Source: a virus
Taxonomy: Duplodnaviria; Caudoviricetes
Virus record (IMG/VR): IMGVR_UViG_2902759955_000002
Span: 32,001-96,000 of that record
Length of the DNA: 64,000 nucleotides
Reading direction: 5' to 3' (one strand)
Shown here: piece after piece, positions 17,523-28,690 of the stretch
Layout of the letters: every line of letters starts with the position of its first letter
Position numbering within the stretch: the stretch's first letter is position 1
Program-made: the position numbers and the translations under genes
Notes under the pieces: model-generated
What the model saw: the letters and a program-made list of their open reading frames with translations, nothing else
What the model was told of the DNA's origin: nothing
The model's database searches: none

Positions 17523-19766
17523 TTATGCCGCCTGCCGCACGAACCGGCGTTCATATTGCGACATCGACGTGGGGAGCCGATCGCTGAAGGAACCGTGCAA
17601 GTTGTTCGAGAGATTGTGCCCCGCCATGCGGTTGGTTTCCCGGCGCAGTCGCTCCCGACGTTTCTCACGCGACTTGGCGATGAGGGTATCCAAGCTGAAG
17701 GTCTCGTCGACTTCCGCCACGCGCTGCTTGTCGAGCAGTCGCAGCTGGTGCTCCAGCTTCATGATGATCCACTCATTGTCTTCCCGGCTGAGTTCTTCAT
17801 AGAGTGCCTCCATCGCCTCCAGAACTTGCTGCTGTTCCTGACGCTGTTCGCGATCCATGATGGTCTCTTCGGTCTGTCCGCCCAGTGCAGCGCCAATGCG
17901 ACGCTGATCGATCCCGTAGAACGACAACTGCTTGCCGCGTGTCAGCAAGAAGTGCACGAGGAGCCAGCCAATGACCAAGTCATCATGCCCGCCGCTCGGG
18001 TGATCGATACGGCCATTCTTCGAGATGAGGGAAGTGATCTGGTCGATCAGGGCCTTGTCGTGCACCATGCTGCAAGCGCGCTTCGCAGCCAGCTGCAGCG
18101 TCGTGGAATACAGCTCACTGCGGGACGTGAGACCTGAGCCCCCCGAGGTGCTGAATCCAAAGAGCTTCTTCAGGCGGGCGTAGACGTCACGATTGCGACG
18201 ACCCATCGGCACGGAGATCTCCTTGAAGCGCTCCGGATACTCGTCATATTCCTGCACGACCTTGCTAAAGAGCCGACGGAACGGATCGATGCCGTGCTCT
18301 GGGAGCATCAGGCAGAGGAAGTCCAGCACGGCGACCCCGGTACTGCGGTTTTCGATGACGGCCGTGAAATTCTCCCAGCGCACGAACCAGCGCGAGAACC
18401 ACTGACAGAAGGTGATCAGGTTGGTCTCGTTGTAGGTGCCCGCTGCGACCACTTCCAGCGTTTCCACGTCGACGAGGATGAGCGAGATATCATCGCCGCC
18501 TGAGGCATTGGACGTATCCATACCCAGCACGAATTGTGAGTCCAGCATGCGCTGTTCGATCTCTTCCTCCTCGATATACCAGCGCGTCGTGTAGCCTTCC
18601 GGGCTGATCTCCGTGTGCTTCACGTCCTTCACGCTGTTCGAGATGGCCTTCAGCACCGCGATGGGGATCGGGTTGGTGAGCGAGCCGGCCGTCCACATGT
18701 TGAAGAAGTCTCGGTTTGCATCGTCGCCGCTGGAGGTCGACTCTTCAATCTTGCCCCGCAGCCACTGGTCGGTCTTACCCAGCTGACGATGGTTCAGCGT
18801 GATGTTCACCCGGTAGACGCCCCCGCCTTCGCCGCGGGAGGCCTTGCGGATCATGTGCTCGAGTTCTTCCGCATCCCGCGCATCAAAGAAACGCTCCGTC
18901 CAGATGGCGGCCGCTTGCAACAGACCGTAGATGAAGGAACCGTCCTTGTCATCGATTTTGCCAGCGGTCGTCGTGAAGATGGTGCCGTACTGGCCGCCAT
19001 TGGCTTTCACCTTATCCACCGCCGCACCGGTTGCCGCCAGTGCCGAGCCCACCGCGATCTTCACGTTCGGCTGGAAAGGGCCTTCGTCGATGTGCATGAT
19101 GGGCGAGGTCAAACCGCGACCCAGCTTGTAGGCACCTTTTTCCGACGCCTGCGGGACGTGCGTCTTGTAGATGTTGAAGCGCGAATTGACCGTGATCGCT
19201 TCGCTATTGTTCGTGTCGACCTTCGGGTTGCGCTGTTGCAGATAGCCCGGCAGCTCGTCGATGCATTTCTTGAGCCGGTCGATGTTGGTCTTGCGAAGGA
19301 TTTCGTCCTTCGTCAACAGGTTGATTTCCGTCCGTTCGCAGACGATGTTCAGGAGCAGCGACATCAACAAGTCGGTGGACAGGGACTTTCCGGTCTGACG
19401 GATCTGGATGAGAAACGTCATGACGTGGTTGAAGAAGCACCAGAAGAGGGCCACGTTGCCGCGGTTGCCTTCAAACTGTGTTGCGTCTCCACCCCCGATG
19501 GCGGGTACCCGTGCGACCTCGCGCATGTAGTACCAGCAGTTATTCGCACACTCCACCGCAATCATGATCATCTCTTCGCGGGTCAGGTCCGGCGCAAAGG
19601 GATCAACGCCTTGCAGGCGAGGGTTCAGCAAAGCGAGGGGGAACGCGTGGTTCTTGATCCCCATTTTCTTGTACAGCATGACCAGACGGACATAGCTCTG
19701 GTTGCTCGTCTTCGTATCGATGATGGCGTTCGGATACTTCAGCCAGTCGGATTCAAATAGCAGCAT
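17523..19766 (-). CDS. terL: Terminase large subunit (phiKZ gp25-like)
   Basis: Walker A RQTGKS, Walker B IMHIDE, TTTAG coupling motif, nuclease residues GMDTS and HDD. Confidence 0.92.
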   Translation of the reverse strand: MLLFESDWLKYPNAIIDTKTSNQSYVRLVMLYKKMGIKNHAFPLALLNPRLQGVDPFAPDLTREEMIMIAVECANNCWYYMREVARVPAIGGGDATQFEGNRGNVALFWCFFNHVMTFLIQIRQTGKSLSTDLLMSLLLNIVCERTEINLLTKDEILRKTNIDRLKKCIDELPGYLQQRNPKVDTNNSEAITVNSRFNIYKTHVPQASEKGAYKLGRGLTSPIMHIDEGPFQPNVKIAVGSALAATGAAVDKVKANGGQYGTIFTTTAGKIDDKDGSFIYGLLQAAAIWTERFFDARDAEELEHMIRKASRGEGGGVYRVNITLNHRQLGKTDQWLRGKIEESTSSGDDANRDFFNMWTAGSLTNPIPIAVLKAISNSVKDVKHTEISPEGYTTRWYIEEEEIEQRMLDSQFVLGMDTSNASGGDDISLILVDVETLEVVAAGTYNETNLITFCQWFSRWFVRWENFTAVIENRSTGVAVLDFLCLMLPEHGIDPFRRLFSKVVQEYDEYPERFKEISVPMGRRNRDVYARLKKLFGFSTSGGSGLTSRSELYSTTLQLAAKRACSMVHDKALIDQITSLISKNGRIDHPSGGHDDLVIGWLLVHFLLTRGKQLSFYGIDQRRIGAALGGQTEETIMDREQRQEQQQVLEAMEALYEELSREDNEWIIMKLEHQLRLLDKQRVAEVDETFSLDTLIAKSREKRRERLRRETNRMAGHNLSNNLHGSFSDRLPTSMSQYERRFVRQAA

Positions 19767-19897
19767 GGTGGACCTACAGACGTGTGGGTGCCTGCCAAAG
19801 ACACCGAAGCGTCTGGCAAGGGGCAAACCTTCTCCCACCGCTCCCGCCGGTGAAGGCGCGAGACAGTGAGAGCGGAATGCGTTAGATCAAGAAGGGA

Positions 19898-21589
19898 TCA
19901 GCTGGTGGATGTCAGGCACTGCACACCGGCGACGCTCAACTGCAGGTCGTTGGTGGTGGTGCGCTGGATGAACGTGACGTAGATCGTGGCCAGATTCGTG
20001 AGCGGCACGGTCGTGGTCTGTTGCGCGTTCCATTGTCCAAGCGTGCAGGTGATTTCGCTGCCATCCGGCAACTGGATGTTGAAGTGCGTCGGTACCGGCG
20101 CGGCCGTCTCGGTTTGAGGATCCGTGAGCGGCAGCGTGTTGTAATACATGGCGGTCAGCCAGTCGGCCTGTGAGGCGTAGCCGGAGGTCAGATCGATCGT
20201 GTACTGGTTTGCCGCGACTTCGGCGATGGTGGCGTAATTGCCCACCCCGAACGCAGGGGATTGACCCGGCGAGAACTGGACCTCCCACGGCGATTCGGTC
20301 GTGCCATCGTGCAGCAGGGTAATGGCCACCGACTCGGTGAAGTTGTAATCCGTGTAGCTCGCATCCACGGCCTGCAGGTTGACCTGACCGGTGATGGTCT
20401 GGACGGTCCCGTAGGTGAGTGGCTGGAACGCTGGCGAATTCGCCGAGATCGTGACGAGGCTTGTGACGTCGTACCAGTCCGTGCGGTCCAGGTCGTACAG
20501 GAACCACTCCAGCCGGTAACCACTGACCCCGTCGATCCATACCGGGAACGCGTAGAGCTTGCAGCTGTAGGCTCCGTCGGAGCTTTGCGCAATCGCCGTG
20601 TACGTGGCGTTGATGAAGAGCTGGTTGGCCACGGAGCTCGCGCCGTAGACCGCTTCGTCGGTCGACAGGTTGTACTTGAGCACCAGCTCGAACTCTTCGC
20701 CCACATTCCCCGAGACGAAGCCATCGAAGCCGAAGATCTGGAACTTCGTCCCATCCACCGGCAGCTTGGTCGTCGTGCCGTCGCTGTAGCTGACGATCCC
20801 CATCAGGTTCAGGCTGGACAGCAGGACGTTGACCGGGAACTGGATCTGCGTCGGGTTGGCGCTCGACAGGTACGGGCACTGCAGCGAAATACCGGTCACA
20901 TACTTGACCGACGTGTCTGCCGCGCGGATAAACGCCGTATTCCAGATGAGCATCTGGCGCGACGACACCACCGAACCGGTCGAGGTGTAGGCCACCGCCG
21001 TCACGGGCGTCCCATTGGGCAGCGTCGTGTTCGTGTAGGCCACATCCGGCACCATCACCGTCGCGGTCGAGCCATCGGGCATCAGTGAGCTGACAGCCGA
21101 TAACGGAATGTTCTGGCTGACCAGGGTGCCCGACTGGTTGTAATACGCACTGATGCAGCTCGTGTTATCCGACCAGTCCGCGCCCGTGAAGATCTTGATG
21201 TAGGCGGCGGAGTTGTTCGGGAACCAGCAGCGCGCATCCACCGACAGAACGTACGGCAGCACGCTCGTGTCCAGACAGCAACGGAACGTGTCGGCCGGCG
21301 TGCCGGAGTCCACTCCCTGCAGCAGATCGCCCGACGTCATCACAGCGTTTGGCGCGGTTGTGAGCGGCGTCAGGGTCGGGATGTAGGTCGTCGCATCAAG
21401 TGCGGTGATCTTGTACCAGTCATTGGTCGTGTAATCACACACGTAGTCGTTGACCTTCCCGATGTACATATTCGTGCCGGCCTGACCCTGATACAGGAGG
21501 GCCAGTGGCCAGATCTGCCAAATACCTGTCGGGTTATAGATCGGCACCCCACCGTCGGTGCCGGTAGGGAGATTGACTGTATCAGCCAT
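19898..21589 (-). CDS. Virion structural/baseplate protein (gp26-like)
   Basis: Synteny between terminase and sheath; beta-rich, Thr/Ser-rich. Confidence 0.7.
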   Translation of the reverse strand: MADTVNLPTGTDGGVPIYNPTGIWQIWPLALLYQGQAGTNMYIGKVNDYVCDYTTNDWYKITALDATTYIPTLTPLTTAPNAVMTSGDLLQGVDSGTPADTFRCCLDTSVLPYVLSVDARCWFPNNSAAYIKIFTGADWSDNTSCISAYYNQSGTLVSQNIPLSAVSSLMPDGSTATVMVPDVAYTNTTLPNGTPVTAVAYTSTGSVVSSRQMLIWNTAFIRAADTSVKYVTGISLQCPYLSSANPTQIQFPVNVLLSSLNLMGIVSYSDGTTTKLPVDGTKFQIFGFDGFVSGNVGEEFELVLKYNLSTDEAVYGASSVANQLFINATYTAIAQSSDGAYSCKLYAFPVWIDGVSGYRLEWFLYDLDRTDWYDVTSLVTISANSPAFQPLTYGTVQTITGQVNLQAVDASYTDYNFTESVAITLLHDGTTESPWEVQFSPGQSPAFGVGNYATIAEVAANQYTIDLTSGYASQADWLTAMYYNTLPLTDPQTETAAPVPTHFNIQLPDGSEITCTLGQWNAQQTTTVPLTNLATIYVTFIQRTTTNDLQLSVAGVQCLTSTS

Positions 21590-21613
21590 GAAGACGGCTC
21601 CAGGAAAGGGGTG

Positions 21614-24226
21614 TTAGCTGGTACTGATGGCGCTACTGGTGCCCAGTGCCGCGATCGAGACGAAGCCACCCAGACTCACCTTGTTATTCAGGTAGATCCG
21701 GATAGCGGCAGTGATGAAGCGGTAGGCATACAGATCGAGCGCAATCGTGACGCTCAGGTTGTGCGGCCGGATGGTCGTGAAGGTCGGGTCCGGCGCATTG
21801 GCGGACTGGGTCGGGTCGTACGCGAGCAGGTACTCATACGGTGCACAGACCGTGCGCACGTAGTCGTCGTTGTAGAACGACTGGAGTGCCGTCTCATCGA
21901 TCACGTCGTTCACGAAGTCGTAAATCAACTTGCAGCAAAACGGACTGAAGAGCGGATAGAGCGCCGTGATCGTGTCCGGACCACTTGCGGTCGTGGGCGG
22001 GTAGTAAAGCGTCATGTACGCTTCCACCGCCTCGTCGATCGCGGTCGACTCCGCCAGATACGTGTAGGTGTCGACATCCGTCACACTGCGCATCGGCACT
22101 ACGATCTTCTGCACCTGGTACGGTTGCCCGTTGATCGCCGCCGGCACGAGGATGTCCGTCGTCTCTTCGGCGAACTGCAGCGCGGACTTGGCGAACACCC
22201 CCCCACCCATCACCACACGCGTGACGTCGTCATCACGGATGTTGTACTGGTTGTTGTTCGAGAGCAGGCCGTACTGCACCCAGCCCACGTCCTTGTATTC
22301 AATCGGCGTGAGCGTGCTGTCACAGAATCCCGTCCAGCGGATTGTGATGTTCTGCTCTTTGTCCTGCGGGAAGTCCAACGCATTGATCGTGTTGATCATG
22401 ATCTCGGGGAAGGACATCACATAGTCCAGTCCCTGAATCAGACTGCGGCCGTTCAGGAAAACGTCGAGCTGCCCCATCGGGATCTGCATCGCAAAGAGCT
22501 GCAAGGCGTAGTTGCGAATCGCTTCTTCCTGCAACTGGATGGGGAGAATCCCTTCCGTCGGCTGGATCCCGAGCGTGTAGGCGAGGATCGTCGCGTTACT
22601 GCGCACGCAGGTGTACGTCGTCGTCAAATCCACCGACCACGACAGCACATTGCTCACCACCGAGTAGTTCGAGGACCCCGTCACATCTACCCAGTCATAC
22701 GACGGCAATCCCGTCTGACTGTCATAGGGACAGGTGTACATGCGGTAGTCGAGCCCCGCGACGAGCGTCTGGGTCTGTTCACCGTACGTGTCATCGATCT
22801 GCTGCGAGGCGCTCCCGACGAAAGCCTCGACCAGCGTGCAGGTCGGGTTCGCACAGACATAGGCCCCGCCGCTCGTGTGGTTGTAGAACCCCAGGAGCGT
22901 GCCGGTTGCGTCGTACTCCCAGATGGAAGAACTTGACTGCAGGTTGTACGGGAGCATCACCACAAGCTGCCCGGACTCGAGCGTTGGCACGAGCGGGCTG
23001 TTACCCACCAGCTGGCTCACCCGGTTGTAGCCGTAGCCGTCCTGCACCATGTCCTGCGTGACCAGGGAGGCGGGGGACGCGCCCATGATCGAGAGATACG
23101 GGGAGGCTTCGAGCGTCGCTGCCTGCCAGTTGGTCAGGGTCGCATTCGTCCCCGCCATTGCACTGACGATGTTTGCATCGGACAGCCGATACAGATCCAG
23201 GATGCGGTTGTTTTCCGGCAAGAGTGGCCTGTCCAGACCCGCCTTCCGGATATGCAATCGCACCGTGATGTTGGCGGCCGCCACCCAGTCCGTCTGCTCT
23301 GTGATGTAGCCTTGGACATACGTCGTCGGCAGGGAGTAATCACGATGCGTCACGTTACGGATCGCGTCGACCTGGTTGTGGTGGTAATACACGCCTTGCG
23401 TGTTGCCGGTGCCCGGGTCGTAGTACAGAAAGACATCGATATCTTTCTCGAAGTCAATCGTGCCGTCCCCTTCGCCGTCATAGTGCAGCAGATACTTGAA
23501 CTTGCTGTCCTTGGTGCTGGTGAAGGTCGGCAGCCCCACATACGGGAAATCGATGACCTTGTAGATCGAGCTGTCGTAGACATACTCGACTACATCACCC
23601 AACGCGACGGTCGCCACATTGATGGTCGTGACCTTATAGCCGTTGAGGAAGCAGTACACCGCCCCCGGTAACGTCGCCAGACTTGCGATCGTGTTCTGGA
23701 TCGTCGTGATGTCCGACTTCAGCGCGGGCACGACACCACCCGTCTGGATATAGTTCTTGGTCGCACCCAGTGTCGCCCGTGTGCTGGCGAAGAACGAGTT
23801 GCTATAGACCCGCAGGAAGATTGCCTCGGTATCCATGTCCAAGCCCAAGGGAGACTCGAACTGGATCGCGACAATCAGGTTGCGGTTCTTCATGACGCGG
23901 AAATAGCACTGGAAGCGCGGCAACTGAATCCCGCTCTCCGTGTAGATATCCGCAATCAGGTTGTTCTGGTTCATCGCGGTCGTGAACGTCGTCCACGCGG
24001 TGGTGCCCGAGAGCAACCCCAGCATGTACGGACTGACCTGACCGATCTGGTAGACGTGAAAATTCACGCCAGACGTGGGCAGAGTGTACGAATCCCAGAT
24101 GACCTGCACCGAATTCATCACGCCACCATCGGGCGTCAATCTCGCCAGCTGGAAGATCCCCTGCCGGTCTTGCGCCGGTGCACACCAGACATTTTTGAGT
24201 GCGTTATCGACGAGGTAATTAAACAT
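21614..24226 (-). CDS. Virion structural/baseplate protein (gp27-like)
   Basis: NVWCAP.QDRQ N-terminus; LNGRSLI.GLDY; synteny. Confidence 0.75.
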   Translation of the reverse strand: MFNYLVDNALKNVWCAPAQDRQGIFQLARLTPDGGVMNSVQVIWDSYTLPTSGVNFHVYQIGQVSPYMLGLLSGTTAWTTFTTAMNQNNLIADIYTESGIQLPRFQCYFRVMKNRNLIVAIQFESPLGLDMDTEAIFLRVYSNSFFASTRATLGATKNYIQTGGVVPALKSDITTIQNTIASLATLPGAVYCFLNGYKVTTINVATVALGDVVEYVYDSSIYKVIDFPYVGLPTFTSTKDSKFKYLLHYDGEGDGTIDFEKDIDVFLYYDPGTGNTQGVYYHHNQVDAIRNVTHRDYSLPTTYVQGYITEQTDWVAAANITVRLHIRKAGLDRPLLPENNRILDLYRLSDANIVSAMAGTNATLTNWQAATLEASPYLSIMGASPASLVTQDMVQDGYGYNRVSQLVGNSPLVPTLESGQLVVMLPYNLQSSSSIWEYDATGTLLGFYNHTSGGAYVCANPTCTLVEAFVGSASQQIDDTYGEQTQTLVAGLDYRMYTCPYDSQTGLPSYDWVDVTGSSNYSVVSNVLSWSVDLTTTYTCVRSNATILAYTLGIQPTEGILPIQLQEEAIRNYALQLFAMQIPMGQLDVFLNGRSLIQGLDYVMSFPEIMINTINALDFPQDKEQNITIRWTGFCDSTLTPIEYKDVGWVQYGLLSNNNQYNIRDDDVTRVVMGGGVFAKSALQFAEETTDILVPAAINGQPYQVQKIVVPMRSVTDVDTYTYLAESTAIDEAVEAYMTLYYPPTTASGPDTITALYPLFSPFCCKLIYDFVNDVIDETALQSFYNDDYVRTVCAPYEYLLAYDPTQSANAPDPTFTTIRPHNLSVTIALDLYAYRFITAAIRIYLNNKVSLGGFVSIAALGTSSAISTS

Positions 24227-24303
24227 GAGACATCCCAATGGCGAATACTCCCGGGGCCAGACGGCGCCCCAGGAGTGAGAAGGAGGAAGGTCGGGAAGGG
24301 GAT

Positions 24304-25218
24304 TTAAGCGCGGGCGAGTTGCGTGAGGTTGAGCACCGCACGCAGGAACTGCTTGTTCGCGTCCTTGTGGGCCTGACGCTCGACCAGGCGGGCAAGGCCC
24401 GAATTCTTATAGGTGCGCTCGGTATGCGCGGCCATCAGGAGCGCCAGCCATGTCGGTGGGTGCTCCGTGGAGGCGGCCAGCATTTCCTCGGCATTCACGC
24501 CGAACCAGCTTCCCTTGAGGATGCTGATGAGTACGCCCGGGTTGAACTTCTCCAGCCGAACGCTCTTCGTGGCTTCGGCCGCCGTGCCGCAGAAATCCTC
24601 GATCCCATTACTCGGCGCGCTCTGCTCGTCGAGGATCGCGAAGACGTCTTCCGCACCGATTCGCATGCCGCGGGAGATTTGCGTCGCCATCTTCGTGCGC
24701 AACGTGTCATCCAGCACCGCCTCGTCGGTGAAGAGCGAGAGATAGTGGAAAGCCGAGAGGATCGAGAGGCTTAGCTGCTCGCGCGGGTCAAGCGCAAAGC
24801 GCCGCGAGACGCTCTCGCTGATCCAGCTTGCAAACACCGTCATCGCCACGGGTGACACGTCGCGCAGGAGCGCCGGGTTGTCATTGATCCAGATGTCGTT
24901 GAGTTGCGCGCGCCGATGCAGGAGCGCGTACTCGACGCCGTTGCGCAGCGCATACGCACCTTTCATCCGATCGTAGCTGCCAAAGGGGCGCACATCGATC
25001 GCCAACAGCTTCTCGCCATTCATGTCCAGCAAGAAGGGATGCGCGAACTGCGGCACGGTCAGCGCCGTGGTGCCCATGCCTTCGATCTCGATGATGTTGC
25101 TGCCGTTATCGCGCTTGTAATCGCCGTGGATGTACGTGGTTTTCAGCGCGGTTTCGAGCTTGTCGAGCACGTAGCCACCACACACCGTGGTGTCGTATGC
25201 GGTGAGGAAAGGTTTCAT
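24304..25218 (-). CDS. Conserved phiKZ-like structural protein (gp28-like)
   Basis: F.TAYDTT, FAHP, EHPPTW motifs; synteny. Confidence 0.65.
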   Translation of the reverse strand: MKPFLTAYDTTVCGGYVLDKLETALKTTYIHGDYKRDNGSNIIEIEGMGTTALTVPQFAHPFLLDMNGEKLLAIDVRPFGSYDRMKGAYALRNGVEYALLHRRAQLNDIWINDNPALLRDVSPVAMTVFASWISESVSRRFALDPREQLSLSILSAFHYLSLFTDEAVLDDTLRTKMATQISRGMRIGAEDVFAILDEQSAPSNGIEDFCGTAAEATKSVRLEKFNPGVLISILKGSWFGVNAEEMLAASTEHPPTWLALLMAAHTERTYKNSGLARLVERQAHKDANKQFLRAVLNLTQLARA

Positions 25219-25405
25219 CTCAGAGCCTCGTGGCTGCATGCCGTCGGGGAGCCCAACAGCATCCTATGTCTTAAAGGAATCGTGCGTTTTTGCGCCTCTG
25301 TCATGCGGTTTTTTGCCCGCATTCATCAGGAGTGCAAATTTTCCGAATTTATATGATGCGGCGCATCGACTTGTAAACCATATCATTCATGACAGGAATC
25401 CAACC

Positions 25406-27544
25406 ATGACAACGGCATCCATTGTCAATGGCGCTCCGATGACCATCTTCCAGGGGGCTCAGGATCTGAGCACCGAAGTGGTCACTGCGGTTGCCGAACA
25501 GATTCCCCAGCACCTCCCGTTGATCTGCCTGTACACGCAACAGGGCCCGGTGACGACGGAGCTGGTGTCGGGGAGCGACTTGACGACCATGTACGGATCG
25601 GATTCGTTCGATCTGCGCAAGGCCTGGGGAAATCACGCGACTGTGCTGGCGAGCACGGTGAACGCGCAAGGCAACGCGATCCAGGTACAGCGGATGCAAC
25701 CGGCCGACGCAGCGCCGGCAGCGACCATGCGCCTGTATCTGGACGTGCTGCCCGCGACCATCACGCAGTACGAACGCAATTCGGACGGTTCGTTCACGAC
25801 GGACTCGGCCGGTAACAAGGTTGCAGTGACGGGTTCTGGTGCCACCGCCGCAGGCTACATCTGCAAGTGGGTGCTGGGCACCGTGGACTGGACCGCGAAC
25901 GAAGACGCAGGCGACTGGGGCGAAGCCACGATCGCAGCCGGCGACCAGAGCGTCGGCTCCGTCACCTCGCAGCGTTACCCGATCATGGACCTCCAGGTCC
26001 CGAGCTTCGGCACGTACGGGAACAACAACGGCATTCGCCTCTACGCACCGACCACCCAAAGTTCGGTCGCAGCCAACACAAACTTCACGGAATACGACCT
26101 GGTCTACCCGTTCCGGATCTCGTGCGTTCAACGCACGGCGACGAACACGACGGGCTCGCTGGTCGCCGCACAAAGCGGTGCGCAATACCTGGACTTCACG
26201 TTCAAGCCGAAAACGATCGACTTGGCGATGGATGATCAAATCTCCATCCAGGACACCTTCATTGCCGCCTACCAATCTCTCAATCAAGCAAGTGGCGTCG
26301 CCGATGTGTTCGGTCCCTTCGGGCAACTGTTCACGTATGACGACAACATCGCAACCCTGGTGGCGATGTTCTATGCGGCCGAGCTGCCCCTCATCAATTC
26401 GTTCTCGGATTTCACGGGCGCAACGGGTGAAGAGTGGCTGTTCAACTTCGTGAGCGGTGTGTCTTCGACGAATGTGCCGTACTCGTCCTGGCAGCTGAAC
26501 ACGACCGACAGCGACGCAGCGTATCTGTCGAGCAGCACCACCCTGTGGGCTTCGGGCGGTACGGACGGCACGATGAACGATACGTTGTTCGCAGAGCTGG
26601 TTACGAACTTCATGGCGGTCTATGCCGACCTGACCAATCCGGTCCAGGACATGGTGACCTCGCCGGAATCGATTTTCTGGGACTCGGGCTTCCCGCTCGC
26701 GACCAAGAAGGCGATCTGCCAGTTCATCAGCCAGCGCAAAGACACGTTCGTTGCGTTGTCGACCTTCTCGACGCTGAGCCCCGTGCTCACGCAGGCCGAA
26801 GAGTCGTCGATGGCGGTGGCGCTCAAAGCGTACCTGCAGCAATACCCGGAATCGGATTACTTCGGCACGGCTTGCGTGCGCGGGATGATCGTGCCCGGCT
26901 CGGGCACCTTGACCGGTTCGCTCTACGCTGGCTCGACCGATTCGAACAACAGCAGCCTGCCGCTGACCATCGAGCTCGCCTCGAAAGCGGCCGCCTACAT
27001 GGGTGCCAGCAACGGGAAGTGGAAGTCGGGTTACTCGTTCGATTCGGCACCGGGCTCGGAGATCACGCTGTTCTCGAACATCAACGTCACGTTCTGGCCA
27101 GCCACGGTGCGCAACACCGACTGGGCCAACGGGATGGTGGGTGTGGAAGCGTTCCAGCGTCGCTCGGTGTACTTCCCGGCGCTGAAGACCGTGTACGACA
27201 ACGACACGTCCGTGCTCAACAGCTTCTTCAACGCGATGGCACTCTGCTATCTCGAGAAGATCGGCGATGCGGCACGTCGTTACTTCTCGGGCACGGCCTC
27301 GATGACGGATGCACAGCTCATCAAGAACGTGAACGCGTGGGTGACGGCACAAGTGTCGGGCATCTTCGACAACCGGTTCACGATCGTGCCCAACACGACG
27401 GTGGCGGGTGCCGATGCGCAGCGCGGCTACAGCTGGACCCTGACGATCGCTGTCTACATGCCGAACATGAAAACGGTCGAAACATTGGCCATTCAGACGT
27501 ACCGCTCGGATGACCTCACCTCGACGTCGACGACTTCGAGCTAA
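25406..27544 (+). CDS. Contractile tail sheath protein (gp29-like)
   Basis: IPQHLP, YGSDSFD, FWDSGFPL.TK, YPES.YFGT, FPALKTVY motifs; 712 aa. Confidence 0.88.
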   Translation: MTTASIVNGAPMTIFQGAQDLSTEVVTAVAEQIPQHLPLICLYTQQGPVTTELVSGSDLTTMYGSDSFDLRKAWGNHATVLASTVNAQGNAIQVQRMQPADAAPAATMRLYLDVLPATITQYERNSDGSFTTDSAGNKVAVTGSGATAAGYICKWVLGTVDWTANEDAGDWGEATIAAGDQSVGSVTSQRYPIMDLQVPSFGTYGNNNGIRLYAPTTQSSVAANTNFTEYDLVYPFRISCVQRTATNTTGSLVAAQSGAQYLDFTFKPKTIDLAMDDQISIQDTFIAAYQSLNQASGVADVFGPFGQLFTYDDNIATLVAMFYAAELPLINSFSDFTGATGEEWLFNFVSGVSSTNVPYSSWQLNTTDSDAAYLSSSTTLWASGGTDGTMNDTLFAELVTNFMAVYADLTNPVQDMVTSPESIFWDSGFPLATKKAICQFISQRKDTFVALSTFSTLSPVLTQAEESSMAVALKAYLQQYPESDYFGTACVRGMIVPGSGTLTGSLYAGSTDSNNSSLPLTIELASKAAAYMGASNGKWKSGYSFDSAPGSEITLFSNINVTFWPATVRNTDWANGMVGVEAFQRRSVYFPALKTVYDNDTSVLNSFFNAMALCYLEKIGDAARRYFSGTASMTDAQLIKNVNAWVTAQVSGIFDNRFTIVPNTTVAGADAQRGYSWTLTIAVYMPNMKTVETLAIQTYRSDDLTSTSTTSS

Positions 27545-27635
27545 ACAGTTAGCACAACCAAGGAAGAGCGGGGGCGCGCGCACGTCTACCGCAGCCTTGG
27601 GCTGACTAGCGATCCATTGAATTTAGGAGCAACTC

Positions 27636-28610
27636 ATGCCGCGCGTCGCAGATGCAATTTTGTCCAACACGACTGCGTTCGCCATCGGGCACAACAACCC
27701 GATGCTCGATCTGCAGAACGGTGGGCAGATGGGCTTCACGCCCAACTACGTGCAGTGGGTGAGTAACCAGCAGTACGTCCGCCGGAACCTCATCTGTCTG
27801 TTGATCGAAGCCCCCTTGGGCTTCAACTATTTGCCGAACCCGTCCACCTGGGTCGGCACGCTGCGAGCCCTCGTCGAACTGCATGCATTGCGGATCACGG
27901 GCCTCAACGCTCACCTCACCGTGGAAGTGGCGGAAACGCCGGTTGGCGGTGGCGGGAACATGCAACAGGACGTGACCGACGTCAAGCGTGAACGCTCGGT
28001 GCCGGCCTTCTCGTGGAACGAAAAGTACGGCATGCCCGTGACGATGTTCCACCAGGGCTGGATCACGAACCTGCTGATGGACCCGGATACCAAGTTCGCG
28101 AACGTAGCGACCTTGACCCCGATCACGGGACTCGCGGCACCGACCGACATGTTGGCCGACATGTACACGGCGACCATGATCTTCATCGAACCGGACCCGA
28201 CGCACACCCGTGTCGTGAAGTCCTGGCTCGTGACGAACATGTTCCCGCTGTCGACGGGCGACATCGTGGGTTCGCGCGACCTCGCGTCTGCCAATGAACC
28301 GCTGACGGTGGACATCACCTACGCGGGCATTGCGCAGTACGGCCTGGGCGTCGACCAGTTCGCGCAACAGTTGCTGACCTCCATCAGCATCGCCGGTGCG
28401 AACCCGTACACGGAATCGGCCTTCATCAGCGCGATCAACGCCGATGTGGCTGCGACCACCACGGGCTACCAAGCGGAGATCAACCAGATCTCGGCAGCGC
28501 AAGCCGGCACGACCGCGGCCTTGGCCACGGGCGAAAGCGCAACCTCGAGCGACGTCGCCACCGCGACCACCTCGACGACGGCGGTCCCGACCTCCAGCGT
28601 TTCGGCGTAA
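27636..28610 (+). CDS. Tail tube/major virion protein (gp30-like)
   Basis: Follows the sheath; YVRRNLI, W.EKYG.P, FIEPDP, WLVTNMFP motifs. Confidence 0.82.
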   Translation: MPRVADAILSNTTAFAIGHNNPMLDLQNGGQMGFTPNYVQWVSNQQYVRRNLICLLIEAPLGFNYLPNPSTWVGTLRALVELHALRITGLNAHLTVEVAETPVGGGGNMQQDVTDVKRERSVPAFSWNEKYGMPVTMFHQGWITNLLMDPDTKFANVATLTPITGLAAPTDMLADMYTATMIFIEPDPTHTRVVKSWLVTNMFPLSTGDIVGSRDLASANEPLTVDITYAGIAQYGLGVDQFAQQLLTSISIAGANPYTESAFISAINADVAATTTGYQAEINQISAAQAGTTAALATGESATSSDVATATTSTTAVPTSSVSA

Positions 28611-28648
28611 TCTTGGTCTGGCTGGAAACAGCCAAAAAAAGAAGCCAG

Positions 28649-28682
28649 CATACGGCCCAGCCCGCGGGGGCTGGGCTTTATG
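28649..28682. terminator. Bidirectional hairpin terminator flanked by CATA/TATG
   Basis: GCCCAGCCC-GCGG-GGGCTGGGC stem. Confidence 0.75.
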
Positions 28683-28690
28683 ACGTCAGG

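Noticed and set aside
25349-27583. 744-aa antisense ORF and many other long shadow ORFs
   Set aside because: They lie opposite or out of frame to recognised genes; expected from high GC3 codon bias
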